Shown piece after piece: positions 12,501 through 25,400 of a stretch of DNA of 64,000 nt (position 1 is its first letter; every line of letters starts with the position of its first letter). The notes beneath the pieces were generated by a model, which saw nothing but the letters and a program-made list of their open reading frames with translations, was not told the origin of the DNA and did no database searches. Source of the stretch: Anaeramoeba ignava BMAN (Eukaryota; Protista; Anaeramoebae); NCBI GenBank assembly GCA_028826165.1, contig JAPDFW010000070.1, positions 1,302,001 through 1,366,000 of the forward strand, given 5' to 3'. The translations under genes and the position numbers were made by a program.

Positions 12501-15500
12501 TTCCTTTAAATATTCCTTTCAAAAATTCATCTAAAAATTTTATATATTCATTTTCATTCATCTTTTCTTGATAAAATTTTTCAAATTTTGTTTTGTTTTG
12601 AATTTGATATTCAATTTCTTTTTCTTTTTCTTTTTCTTTTTCTTTTTCTTTTTCATTTTCTTTTTCATTTTCTTTTTCTTTTTCATTTTCTTTTTCATTT
12701 TTAGGTTGATAAATAAGCATATAAGCTGAAATACCTGAAGAGGAAGAATAGGAATTATTTTGATAATTTGATTTATCTCCAAAACAAATTATTTCAAAAT
12801 TATTCATATCAAATTCTGTTACTGATTCATCATTAAATTCAATCCATTTGTTTTGATTTTTGATAATTGAATAATAATGTCCAAAATAAGTTGTTCCTGT
12901 ATGAACAATAACTCCATTAAGTTCATATAAATAATTTTGTTTTGGTGTTTTTTCAATGATATCTTGATAAAATTTCATTTGTTCTTCAAGTTTACTTTTA
13001 ATTTCAATGTTATTGTTATTTGTTTCTTTAAATTCATTTAATCTCTTTTTTATTTCTTCATATTTATGTTTTGCAAAATATTCTCTTGTATATTTCTCCA
13101 TATTAATTTCCATAGGAAATTCAAAATAATCATTTAATTTAAATCTTGTATTTCTTTCATAATCATATTCAAATCTTTTTAAATGGAAAATTAAGTATTT
13201 AGGAAGTTTTTGGAAATAAACATATTTTTTGGTATCAACATTTCGTTTTAATTTTGTACTAAAATATTGATTGTTTCCTGTTAATAATTCTTCTGAAATA
13301 TATGAATTAAGTGATGTTTCTAAATCATTTTTCCCTGAAATATCAACGCTTATTGATAAAAATTCTTGGCCATTTGTTTCGAGTGTTTCTCCATTTTCAA
13401 TAATATTCATTAAATTCATTGATATTCCTCCAAAAATTTGTTTGAGAATATCTTTTTGTTTTGTTGTTTTTAATGCTTTTTCAATCAAATCAAATAAAAA
13501 AATCATAAATTCATATGCATCTTTTTGTTCTTTAACATTTAAAGGATCTCTCCCAAATTTAAAGCTTTTCGCAAATTTTTTAGTATTAACAAATATTTGA
13601 TTTCTTTCGAAAGCTCTGAAAATAAATTATAGAAATGTTTAAATGATTGAAAATCTTCATCATTTTCTCCTTTTTCTTTTTCTAAGTTTGATATATCAAC
13701 AGAAAGAATTTCTTTTCTTAAATTGTTATTCATAAATAATTGTTGAAGTGTTGAATTCATATAACATGTTGCTCCAAGATTTTTTAATCCAGTAAAATAT
13801 GTTGGAAAATTTTCTTTTGTTTGATATTTTGAATAATTTTTGTTTTGTTTTTTTTTTCTATTTTTGCTTTCTTTTTCGTTTTCAAATGTGAAATATTGAG
13901 GTAATTGATGTAAATTTTTGATCATTTTAAATAATTTGGTTTTGTTTTGTGTTGATGTTTCATAAAATTTTTTGATAAGTTCAAATCCAATTTTTCTATT
14001 ATTTTCTTCAATTAATTTTGGATAAAAATATTTAATTTCAATTTGTTTTGATTGATCTTGATTTTGTTTTTGGATTTGAATATAGAAACTAAATAAATAT
14101 TTTCTTAAATATTTCTTCAATTATTCTTTCTTTTTCTTCAATTTTTTTGATTATTTTCTTTTCATTAATTAATTTTCCAATAAGTTTGATATAACTTTTA
14201 AGTTCTTTTTCTTTTTCTTTTTCTTTTTCTTTTATGTTGATTTCTTCTTGTTTAATCAATAAAATTAATTTGTTTATAAATGCTACTCGATCAAAATTAA
14301 TTGGAATTTGATTTTGAAATTTGATTAATTTTTGAATTAATTCAAGATAATTTTCCCAATATTCTTTTCTTTTTATTGTTTTCTGATCTTCTATTTGTAA
14401 ATCATCCATCATTGTAAATATTAATTTTTGAAATTCTTTTAATTCATTTTCAATTTGATTTTCAATTTGATTTTCAATTTGATTTTGATTTTGATTTTGT
14501 TGGAAAATATATAAAATTGTTTCTTTCATTAATTTTCTGAAATTTTCATTAAAACAATAAATTATTGTTTCTTTCATAAATTCTTTATTTTTTTCTTTTT
14601 CTTTCATTTCTTCAATCCATATTATTCTTTCTTTTCCACTAATACATCCTAATTTAATTATATTTAAACATTTTATTGAAATATTTTCATATCTTTTATC
14701 TTTTTTCTTTAAATAATAATAAATTATTCTTTTCATATTTTCTTCAGTTTTTTCAATAACTTCTTTTTCAAATATATTTTTTTTAATTTCTTTTTTTTCT
14801 TTATCAATTATTATTTCTTCTAAAATATTTAAAATTATTGAAATAATTTCAAGGTTTTCATTTTCATTTTCATTTTCATTTTCATTTTCAATTTTAGAAT
14901 AATTTTCTTGAATAATTAAATTTAATTCATCAATTAAATATTTACTAATTTCTTCTTGATTTTTTGTTTTTATTGATTTATTATTGTTTATTAATATATT
15001 TTGTAAAATTTGAAGTTTATAAATAAATTTATATAATTCTGTTTCTTTGATTTCTTTTTGAATTTGTTCTTTTGTTATTTCTTCTTTTTCTTCTTTAATA
15101 ATTTTATTAATATTTTCAATATATTTTGGATTTGTTGGCATTCTATTTATTATTTGAATTGTTTCTTTTTGGATTTCTTTTCCATATTTCATCATTTCAA
15201 TAATTTTTTCAAAATATTCTATTAAAATATAACTTGCTATTTTTTCTTTTGAAATTTCTTTTTTATTTTCATTATTATTTGAATAATAATTTGAATAATT
15301 CCATGAATTTGAATAATTTGATTTTGATTTTAAAATTTTGATAATAATAATTGGATTAGAAATTAAATTAATTTCTTCAACTGTTTTATATTGATTTTCT
15401 TTGTTAATTTGTGGATGTGATTCAATTTGATATTCTGTTTTTTTCTTTTCAATTTTTTCTTCAATTTGTTTTATTAATGAATAAATACTTTCTTCTTTCC

Positions 15501-18500
15501 AAATTTCTATTGTTATCTTTTCTTCTTTTTGATTATTGTAATTGTAATTGTAATAATTATTATAATAATTTGATTTTTGTTCATTATAATTATTAATTCA
15601 ATTTCAAATTTTGGATTTTCAAATAATAATGTTGAATAATGTCTTTCAAATGGTAAATCTTTTCTTAATATTTTATTTTCATTTCTTTCAATATATTTTT
15701 TCAAAATAATAATAAATCGATAAATTTTCTTTTCTTTTTCTTCTTTGTTTATTTCTTTTTTTTCTTCTTTTTCAATTCGTGAAATACATTCTGAAATGAA
15801 TTGTTTTGGATAATTTTCTTCTTTTCTTTCATTTTCAAAATCATTATCAATATAATTATAATTATTATCTTTAATTTCTTTTTCAATTTCTTTTTCATTT
15901 TTATGTTGAAAATCAATTAAAAAATCAATACTTAATTTGTAAATTTCTTCATTTTCTGTTTCTAATATTATTTCCCATAATTCTTCTTTTCCAATTATTT
16001 TATTTTTATTTTTGTTTTTTGAATTAATTTTGATAAAAAGTTTTTTCCAATTTTCAAAAATTATTTTAGTAAATTGTTTCTTTGAAATTGAATTTAATTT
16101 TATAAAAAATATTTCATTTTCATTTTCATTTTCATTTTCATTTTCAATTTCATTTTCAATAATTTTTGAAAAAAATTGAATAAATAATTCTTTTTCTTTA
16201 AATATTAATGATTTTTCAAAAAATATTTCCCAAAATTTTTCAATTTGTTTTTCTTGAATAATTTCTAAAAAATCAATCCATGTTTCAACCTATTTAAAAA
16301 AATTTTTTTGATATTATTTAAATTTTTTGATTAAGATTAAAAAATTAAAAAATAATTAAATAAATATTAAATTAAATAAATAATTAATTACATGATTAAG
16401 ATAAGTTCTATTTTCAAAAATTTCATTTTCAATTTCATTTTTGATTTTATTTTTGATTGAAATAATTGAATTAATTATTATTTCTTCAATTTTATATTTC
16501 TCTTTTAATTTTTCAATAAATTTTTCTTTTGTAATTTCTTGTTTTTTTGTTTTTTGATTATAATAATTTTGTTGATTATTTTGATTAGAAGAAGAAGAAG
16601 GTAAATAATTGATTATTTTTTTAATAAATAAAAGGAAATTTGATAATTTTTGATTATTCTTTTCAATTAATTCAATTCCTTTTTATAATTATTTTTCTTC
16701 AATTTTTCTTGTATTTTTCTTCAATATTGAAATTTGAATTTGAATTTGAATTTGAATTTGAATTTGAATAAATTATTTCAATTAAACTTTCAATCATTTT
16801 TTCTTCAATTCTTTTTTCAATTTTTGAATCTATAATTAATTTATTCATTAAAAAAATTGGTTTTAATCTTTTTTCAATTTCATTTTCTTTTTCTTCTTGA
16901 ATTAAATTTTCAATTTGATTTTCTTCTTGAATTAATTTTTCAAAATTAATTTTAGTTAAATTTTGAATTGAAAAATCTTTAATTAATTTAATAAGATTAA
17001 TTGTCCATTCTTTATTTTCTTCAATTTCAGAAAATAATTTATTGATTAATTCTTCTTCTTCTTCTTCTTTTTCTTTTTCTTTAAATTCTTTTAAAATTTC
17101 AAATAAAATTTCGAAAATTGATTCTTTGATATTTTGATCTTGTTTCTATAAATTAATTAAATTAATTTAATTGGGAAAAGAATGATAAAATATAATTAAT
17201 TATATTTATAATTATATTTATAATTATACTTACTTTTGTTTTATCTAAAATTTGAATAAATTGATTTTTTGAAAATAAATTATTTTGTTTTAAAAATAAA
17301 ATTATTTCTTTTGATTGTTTGATAATTTCTTGATGAATTTCTTTTCCAAATATAATTTCAATAATATTTTTTGAATCAAACCATGAAATAAATAATCTTA
17401 TTTTGTTTAGATAATAATTAAATAAAAGAATATAAAGAATATAAATAATAAAATTTGTTTTTGAATTTTAAAATAAATTACTCTTTATCTATTTTTGGAT
17501 AATTTGAATTTGAATTTGGATTTGAATAATTATAATTTGAATTAAATCCAAATGATTCATTTTGTTTTTGTTCTTGTTCTTGTTCTTTAATTATTGAAAT
17601 TTTTTGTTGAATTTTTTTAATTCCTTCAATTTTTAAAGGAATTGATGATGTTTTTAAATATTTAATTGAAATTTCATTTTCAAATTTCATTTTAAATTCA
17701 AAATATTCTTTTCTTTCTTCTTCTGTTTTATTTGTTTTTTTTATCATTTTAAATATTTTAGAACTTATTTCTTCAATTTTATTTTTTGTAAATGATTTAA
17801 TTTCTTCATTTTCACTTTCAATTAATTTTTCAAGAAATGATTGAAGAAAATTTGAAATTTTTTGATAAAATTCTTCTGAAAAATTTTCTGAAATCTTTTT
17901 ATTTTTAAATTTTAATTAAATTTTAATTTAAATTTAATTAAATAAAATGAAATTATTTTATTTTACCTGAATAATTGAATTAAGATAATAATAAGTAATT
18001 TCAGAATTTAATTTATGATCTTTTGAAAGAATAAAACAAATAATTTTTTCAAATCCTCTTATTCTTCCAAAATATTCAATATTTTCTTGTTTTAATTTTG
18101 AATAATTTTCTCTCTATTTTAATTTTAATTTTAATTTTAATTTTAATTTTAATTTTAATTTTAATTTTAATTTTAATTTTAATTTTAATTTTTAATTTTA
18201 ATTTTAATTTTAATTTTGATTTTAATTTTGATTTAAATTTAAATTTTAATTTTAATTTTAATTTTAATTTTAATTTTAATTTTGATTTTAAAATTATCTT
18301 ACTTTTGTAAAGTTAAATTCTTCAAATGTTATTATTGGAATTTGTTCATTTGATTTTAAATCTTTAAATTTAAAATTTTCATTAAATGATTGATTAATTA
18401 AATCATTTGATTTTTTTGATAATTTCCAAAATGAAATAAAATCTCTCTTTTTTATAAATTAATTTTTTGTTTTTTTTTTTTAATAAGAAAATATAAATTA

Positions 18501-19114
18501 AATTAATTTAAATTTTTATAAATTAATCATTTTTTTGAAAATAATTGATTAAATAAATAAATATTTCTTATTTAATAATAAATTAATCTTGATTTTAAAT
18601 TATTTAAAAAATAAATTAAAAAAAAATGAAAAATTAAAAATGAATAAATACTTTTTCCATTTTTTTAAAATTAAAATCATCTTCTTCTTGAGAATTATAA
18701 AAAGATTTTTTTTCAAAATTAAGAATTAATGAAAGAGATTTGGCAATTCCTTTGTTTTCTTCTTCAATTTTTAAAAAAATTAAATCAAGACATTTTCGAA
18801 AAAAATTATTAATTAATTGAGTTGTTTTTGTTTTGAATTGAGGTTCAAATTCATAAATAGAATTAATCATTTCATAAAGATAATTTTCCAAAAAAACAAA
18901 TTCTTTTTCTTTTTCAAATTTTCCTTCAATTATTTTATTAATTTCTTTTTCAATTTTTTGGATACATTCAATCACATCAATTTCTTTTTTATTTTTGTTT
19001 TTAAAATTAAATTGAATTAGTTTGAATTAGTTTGAATTAATTTAAATTAATTTAATTACGACTTAATAAAGAAGCTAAAATATTATCATAATCTTCAAAT
19101 TGTTTTAATTCCAT
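9510..19114 (-). CDS. Large ubiquitin-specific protease (peptidase C19, USP9/24/34-like), copy 1; several apparent frameshifts
   Basis: Cys box GLKNLGATCYMNSTLQQL, EQKDAYEF, LIFHLKRFEYD, His box GVIVHTGTTYFGHYYSII, FND, SAYMLIY. ATG at 19114 (MELKQFEDYD). Single-base indels near 12164, 13606, 14105, 15590 and 16681 relative to copy 2. Confidence 0.85.
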
Positions 19115-19460
19115 TTTTAAAAAAAAGGAAAAAATGAAAAAAATGAAATGAAAAAAATGAAAAAAATGAAAAAAATGAAAAAAATGAAATGAAAAAAAAT
19201 TGAAAAAAAAGTGGACAATTTTGTTTTTTTGCTTTTATTTCCCTTTTTTTTTTGGAATTTAATAAATAAATTGAAATAAAAAGAGGAATTGAATTTTTTT
19301 TTCTTTTTTATTTTTTATTTGGGATTTGAGTAAAAAAAAAGTAAAAAAAAAGTAAAAAAAAAAGAGGATTTCTTGTTATTTTGATTTACTTCTTCTTAGA
19401 ATCCTTTTTTGATTTGTTTTTTCCCTTTTTCTTTTTTTTTGATTTCTTTGTTATTTTGAT

Positions 19461-22400
19461 TTACTTCTTCTTAGAATCCTTTTTTGATTTGTTTTTTCCC
19501 TTTTTGTTTTTTGATTTGCTTTTTCCCTTTTTGTTTTTTGATTTGCTTTTTCCCTTTTTGTTTTTTGATTTCTCTTTTTTTGATTGGTTTGTTGATTGAT
19601 TTGTTGATTGATTTGTTGATTGATTTGTTGATTGATTTGTTGATTGATTTGTTGATTGATTTGTTGATTGATTTGTTGATTGATTTTTTAATTGATTTTT
19701 TAATTCATTTATAGTATTAGAAACTTCTTGGAAATCATCATAAATTAATTTGAATATATTTGGATTCAATCCTTTTGTTGGTGTTATCAAATTAAAAATT
19801 TGAATTAAATTATTAATTTGTTTTTCATCTTTGTTTGCAATTGCATTTTTAAGTTCATAATTAATAGATGTAGCCAATCTTGTAAAAAAATAATTCTTCG
19901 GTTCAGATTTAAAATTTGAAATTAAAGATAAAATTGAATTCATAAATTGTTTTACATTTTCCATTTCAATCAAATTTGTGTTTTCAAATAAAATTTTTTG
20001 ATAATTTTTTGAAATTTGAATAATCTTTTCAATATCTTCTTCTTCTTTGATAATTTGTGAATTTATAAAGGGATTAATACAAATTTGGAGAATATCAGAA
20101 TGATTTCCAATTAATTGAATATCTTTTGTTGAAATTTGAAGAATTAAATCAATAATTTCAAAAATTTTAGGTTTTTCTTTTGTTTGTTTCAATCCAATAT
20201 TGATTAAGGATTTAATAAAATCATAATAACCATTAAAGTAAACTAATCCTTTTGAATTCAAATCTCTTTTTAAAAATTGAATTTCTTTTTGTAAAACAAG
20301 TGAAGTTTTGGAAGAATCAATTTGAAGAATCAATTCAAGAAGATTTATTAACGAGTAATAAATTTGATTATCATAAATCTCTTCAAATTTATTGTGAATA
20401 ATTTCAAATAAATTATTGAGTAATTCTTCGTTTTTCCATTTCTTTTCTTGTAATTTGTTTTTTATTTGATAATTAATTTTTTGATTTTCTGTTGAATTAC
20501 TTTCAAGATGTAACTTAACGAAAATGTTCATATTTTTTTCTGATAAAATTGAAAGAATCATTGATTGTGGAATTTGATTTAAGATATTGATTATCATTGA
20601 AAATAATTTTATGTAATTTGTTTTTGTAAAACGTCCTTTAAAAACTGTTTCAATAAATTGATTCAATAATCTTATAATTATTGAATTTTCTTTTTCTTTT
20701 TCTTTTTCTTTTTCTTTTTCTTTTTCTTTTTCAATTTGATTTTGAATAATTTTGTTAAATAATTTTTCAAATTCTGAAATCATTTCTATATTTGTAATTT
20801 CTTGATAAATTCTCGAAAGTAATTGATTTTGGTTATTTAAAAGTTCTTCAATAAAAATTTCTAAAATTCTTTTAGTTTTGTGTTTCTAAATTATCATTTT
20901 CTTGTTTAGTTAAATTTATAAATGGTTCTAAAATTCCTTCAATTTTAATTTTTTCTTTGTTTTTTGTTTTTCCAATTATTATCATAAACTCAATATAATG
21001 TTTGATAACATTTGATATGTTTTCAATTTTTGTTTTTTCAGAAATTCCTTTAAATATTCCTTTCAAAAATTCATCTAAAAATTTTATATATTCATTTTCA
21101 TTCATCTTTTCTTGATAAAATTTTTCAAATTCTGTTTGTGGATTTTTAGGTTTATAAATAAGCATATAAGCTGAAATACCTGAAGAGGAATATCTTCTTG
21201 AATAGGAATTTTTTTGATAATTTGATTTATCTCCAAAACAAATTCGTTCAAAATTATCCATATTAAATCCACTTACTGATGAATCATTGAATTCCATCCA
21301 TTTGTTTTGATCTTTGATAATTGAATAATAATGTCCAGAATAAGTTGTTCCTGTATGAACAATAACTCCATTAAGTTCATATAAATAATTTTGTTTTGGT
21401 GTTTTTTCAATTATATCTTGATAAAATTTCATTTGTTCTTCAAGTTTAATTTTAATTTCAATGTTGTTTTTTGTTTCTTTAAATTCACTTAATCTCTTTT
21501 TTATTTCTTCATATTTATGTTTTGCAAAATATTCTCTTGTATATTTCTCCATATTAATTTCCATAGGAAATTCAAAATAATCATTTAATTTAAATCTTGT
21601 ATTTCTTTCATAATCATATTCAAATCTTTTTAAATGGAAAATTAAGTATTTAGGAAGTTTTTGGAAATAAACATATTTTTTGGTATCAAATTTTCGTTTT
21701 AATTTTAAACTTAAATATTGATTTTTTCCTGTTAATAATTCTTCTGAAATATATGAATTAAGTGATGTTTCTAAATCATTTTTCCCTGAAATATCAACGC
21801 TTATTGATAAAAATTCTTCATCAACTTCTTCTAAATCTTCAGTTTCAATAATATTCATTAAATTCATTGATATTCCTCCAAAAGTTTGTTTGAGAATATC
21901 TTTTTGTTTTGTTGTTTTTAATTGATCTTCAATCAAATCAAATAAACAATTGATAAATTCGCTTGCATCTTTTTGTTCTCCAAGAATTAAAGGATCTCCC
22001 CAAAATCTAAAGTTTCTTCCAAAATTTCTAGTACTAACAACTCTTTGATTTCTTTTTGAAACTTCTGAAAATAAATTATAGAAATGTTTAAATGATCGAA
22101 AATCTTCATCATTTTTTCCTTTTTCTTTTTCTAATTTTGATATATCAACAGAAAGAATTTCTTTTCTTAAATTGTTATTCATAAATAATTGTTGAAGTGA
22201 TGAATTCATATAACATGTTGCTCCAAGATTTGTTAATCCAGAATAATTTGTATGATTAGTAATTTTTTCGTTTTCAAATGTGAAATATTGAGGTAATTGA
22301 TGTAAATTTTTGATCATTTTAAATAATTTGGTTTTGTTTTGTGTTGATGTTTCATAAAATTTTTTGATAAGTTCAAATCCAATTTTTCTATTATTTTCTT

Positions 22401-25400
22401 CAATTAATTTTGGATAAAAATATTTAATTTCAATTTGTTTTGATTGATCTTGATTTTGTTTTTGGATTTGAATATAGAAACTAAATAAATATTTTTTGAA
22501 TATTTCTCCAATTATTCTTTCTTTTTCTTCAATTTTTTTGATTATTTTCTTTTCATTAATTAATTTTCCAATAAGTTTGATATAACTTTTAAGTTCTTTT
22601 TCTTTTTCTTTTTCTTTTTCTTTTATGTTGATTTCTTCTTGTTTAATCAATAAAATTAATTTGTTTATAATTGAGACTGGATAAAAATTAATTGGAATTT
22701 GATTTTGAAATTTGATTAATTTTTGAATTAATTCAAGATAATTTTCCCAATATTCTTTTCTTTTTATTGTTTTTTGATCTTCTATTTGTAAATCATCCAT
22801 CATTGTAAATATTAATTTTTGAAATTCTTTTAATTCATTTTCAATTTCAATTTGATTTTCAATTTGATTTTCAATTTGATTTTGAATTTGATTTTGTTGG
22901 AAAATATATAAAATTGTTTCTTTCATTAATTTTCTGAAATTTTCATTAAAACAATAAATTATTGTTTCTTTCATAAATTCTTTATTTTTTTCTTTTTCTT
23001 TCATTTCTTCAATCCATATTATTCTTTCTTTTCCACTAATACATCCTAATTTAATTATATTTAAACATTTTATTGAAATATTTTCATATCTTTTATCTTT
23101 TTTCTTTAAATAATAATAAATTATTCTTTTCATATTTTCTTCAGTTTTTTCAATAACTTCTTTTTCAAATATATTTTTTTTAATTTCTTTTTTTTCTTTA
23201 TCAATTATTATTTCTTCTAAAATATTTAAAATTATTGAAATAATTTCAAGGTTTTCATTTTCATTTTCATTTTCATTTTCATTTTCATTTTCATTTTCAT
23301 TTTCATTTTCATTTTCATTTTCATTTTCATTTTCATTTTTAGAATAATTTTCTTGAATAATTAAATTTAATTCATCAATTAAATATTTACTAATTTCTTC
23401 TTGATTTTTTGTTGTTATTGATTTATTATTGTTTATTAATATATTTTGTAAAATTTGAAGTTTATAAATAAATTTATATAATTCTTTTTCTTTGATTTCT
23501 TTTTGAATTTGTTCTTTTGTTGTTTCTTCTTTTTCTTCTTTAATAATTTTATTAATATTTTCAATATATTTTGGATTTGTTGGCATTCTATTTATTATTT
23601 GAATTATTTCTTTTTGGATTTCTTTTCCATATTTCATCATTTCAATAATTTTTTCAAAATATTCTATTAAAATATAACTTGCTATTTTTTCTTTTGAAAT
23701 TTCTTTTTTCTTTTCATTATTAATTGAATTTGAATAATTTGAATAATTCCATTTTGATTTTAAAATTTTGATAATAATAATTGGATTAGAAATTAAATTA
23801 ATTTCTTCAATTGTTTTATATTGATTTTCTTTGTTAATTTGTGGATGTGATTCAATTTGATATTCTGTTTTTTTCTTTTCAATTTTTTCTTCAATTTGTT
23901 TTATTAATGAATAAATACTTTCTTCTTTCCAAATTTCTATTGTTATCTTTTCTTTTTTTTGATTATTGTAATTATATTGATTTGATTTTTGTTCATTATA
24001 AGTTATTAATTCAATTTCAAATTTTGGATTTTCAAATAATAATGTTGAATAATGTCTTTCAAATGATAAATCTTTTCTTAATATTTTACTTTCATTTCTT
24101 TCAATATATTTTTTCAAAATAATAATAAATCGATAAATTTTCTTTTCTTTTTCTTCTTTGTTTATTTCTTTTTTTTCTTCTTTTTCAATTCGTGAAATAC
24201 ATTCTGAAATGAATTGTTTTGGATAATTTTCTTCTTTTCTTTCATTTTCAAAATCATTATCAATATAATTATAATTATTATCTTTAATTTCATTTTCAAT
24301 TTCATTTTCATTTTTATGTTGAAAATCAATTAAAAAATCAATACTTAATTTGGAAATTTCTTCATTTTCTGTTTCTAATATTATTTCCCATAATTCTTCT
24401 TTTCCAATTATTTTATTTTTATTTTTATTTTTTGAATTAATTTTGATAAAAAGTTTTTTCCAATTTTCAAAAATTATTTTAGTAAATTGTTTCTTTGGAA
24501 TTGAATTTAATTTTATAAAAAATATTTCAATTTCATTTTCATTTTCATTTTCATTTTCATTTTCAATAATTTTTGAAAAAAATTGAATAAATAATTCTTT
24601 TTCTTTAAATATTAATGATTTTTCAAAAAATATTTCCCAAAATTTTTCAATTTGTTTTTCTTGAATAATTTCTAAAAAATCAATCCATGTTTCAACCTAT
24701 TTAAAAAAAATTTTTTTGATATTATTTAAATTTTTTGATTAAGATTAAAAAATTAATAAATATATAAATAAATAATTAAATATTAAATTAATTAATTAAT
24801 TACATGATTAAGATAAGTTCTATTTTCAAAAATTTCATTTTCAATTTCATTTTTGATTTCATTTTCAATTTTATTTTCAATTTTATTTTCAAAAATTTGA
24901 TTTTCAATTTGATTTTCAATTTGATTTTCAATTTGATTTTCAGTTTGCTTTTCAATTTGATTTTTGATTTGGCTTTTGATTTGGCTTTTGATTTGATTTT
25001 TGATTTGATTTTTGATTTGGCTTTTGATTTGATTTTTGATTTTATTTTTGATTTGGCTTTTGATTGAAATAATTGAATTAATTATTATTTCTTCAATTTT
25101 ATATTTCTCTTTTAATTTTTCAATAAATTTTTCTTTTGTAATTTCTTGTTTTGTTTGTTGATTTTGATATTGATATTGATATTGATAATGGTGATATTGA
25201 TTTTGATATTGATTTTGATATTGGGTTTTGATATTGGTTTTGATATTGATTAGAAGAAGAAGATGGTAAATAATTGATTATTTTTTTAATAAATAAAAGG
25301 AAATTTGATAATTTTTGATTATTCTTTTCAATTAATTCAATTCCTTTTATAATTATTTTTTCTTCAATTTTTTCTTGTATTTTTTCTTCAATATTGAAAT

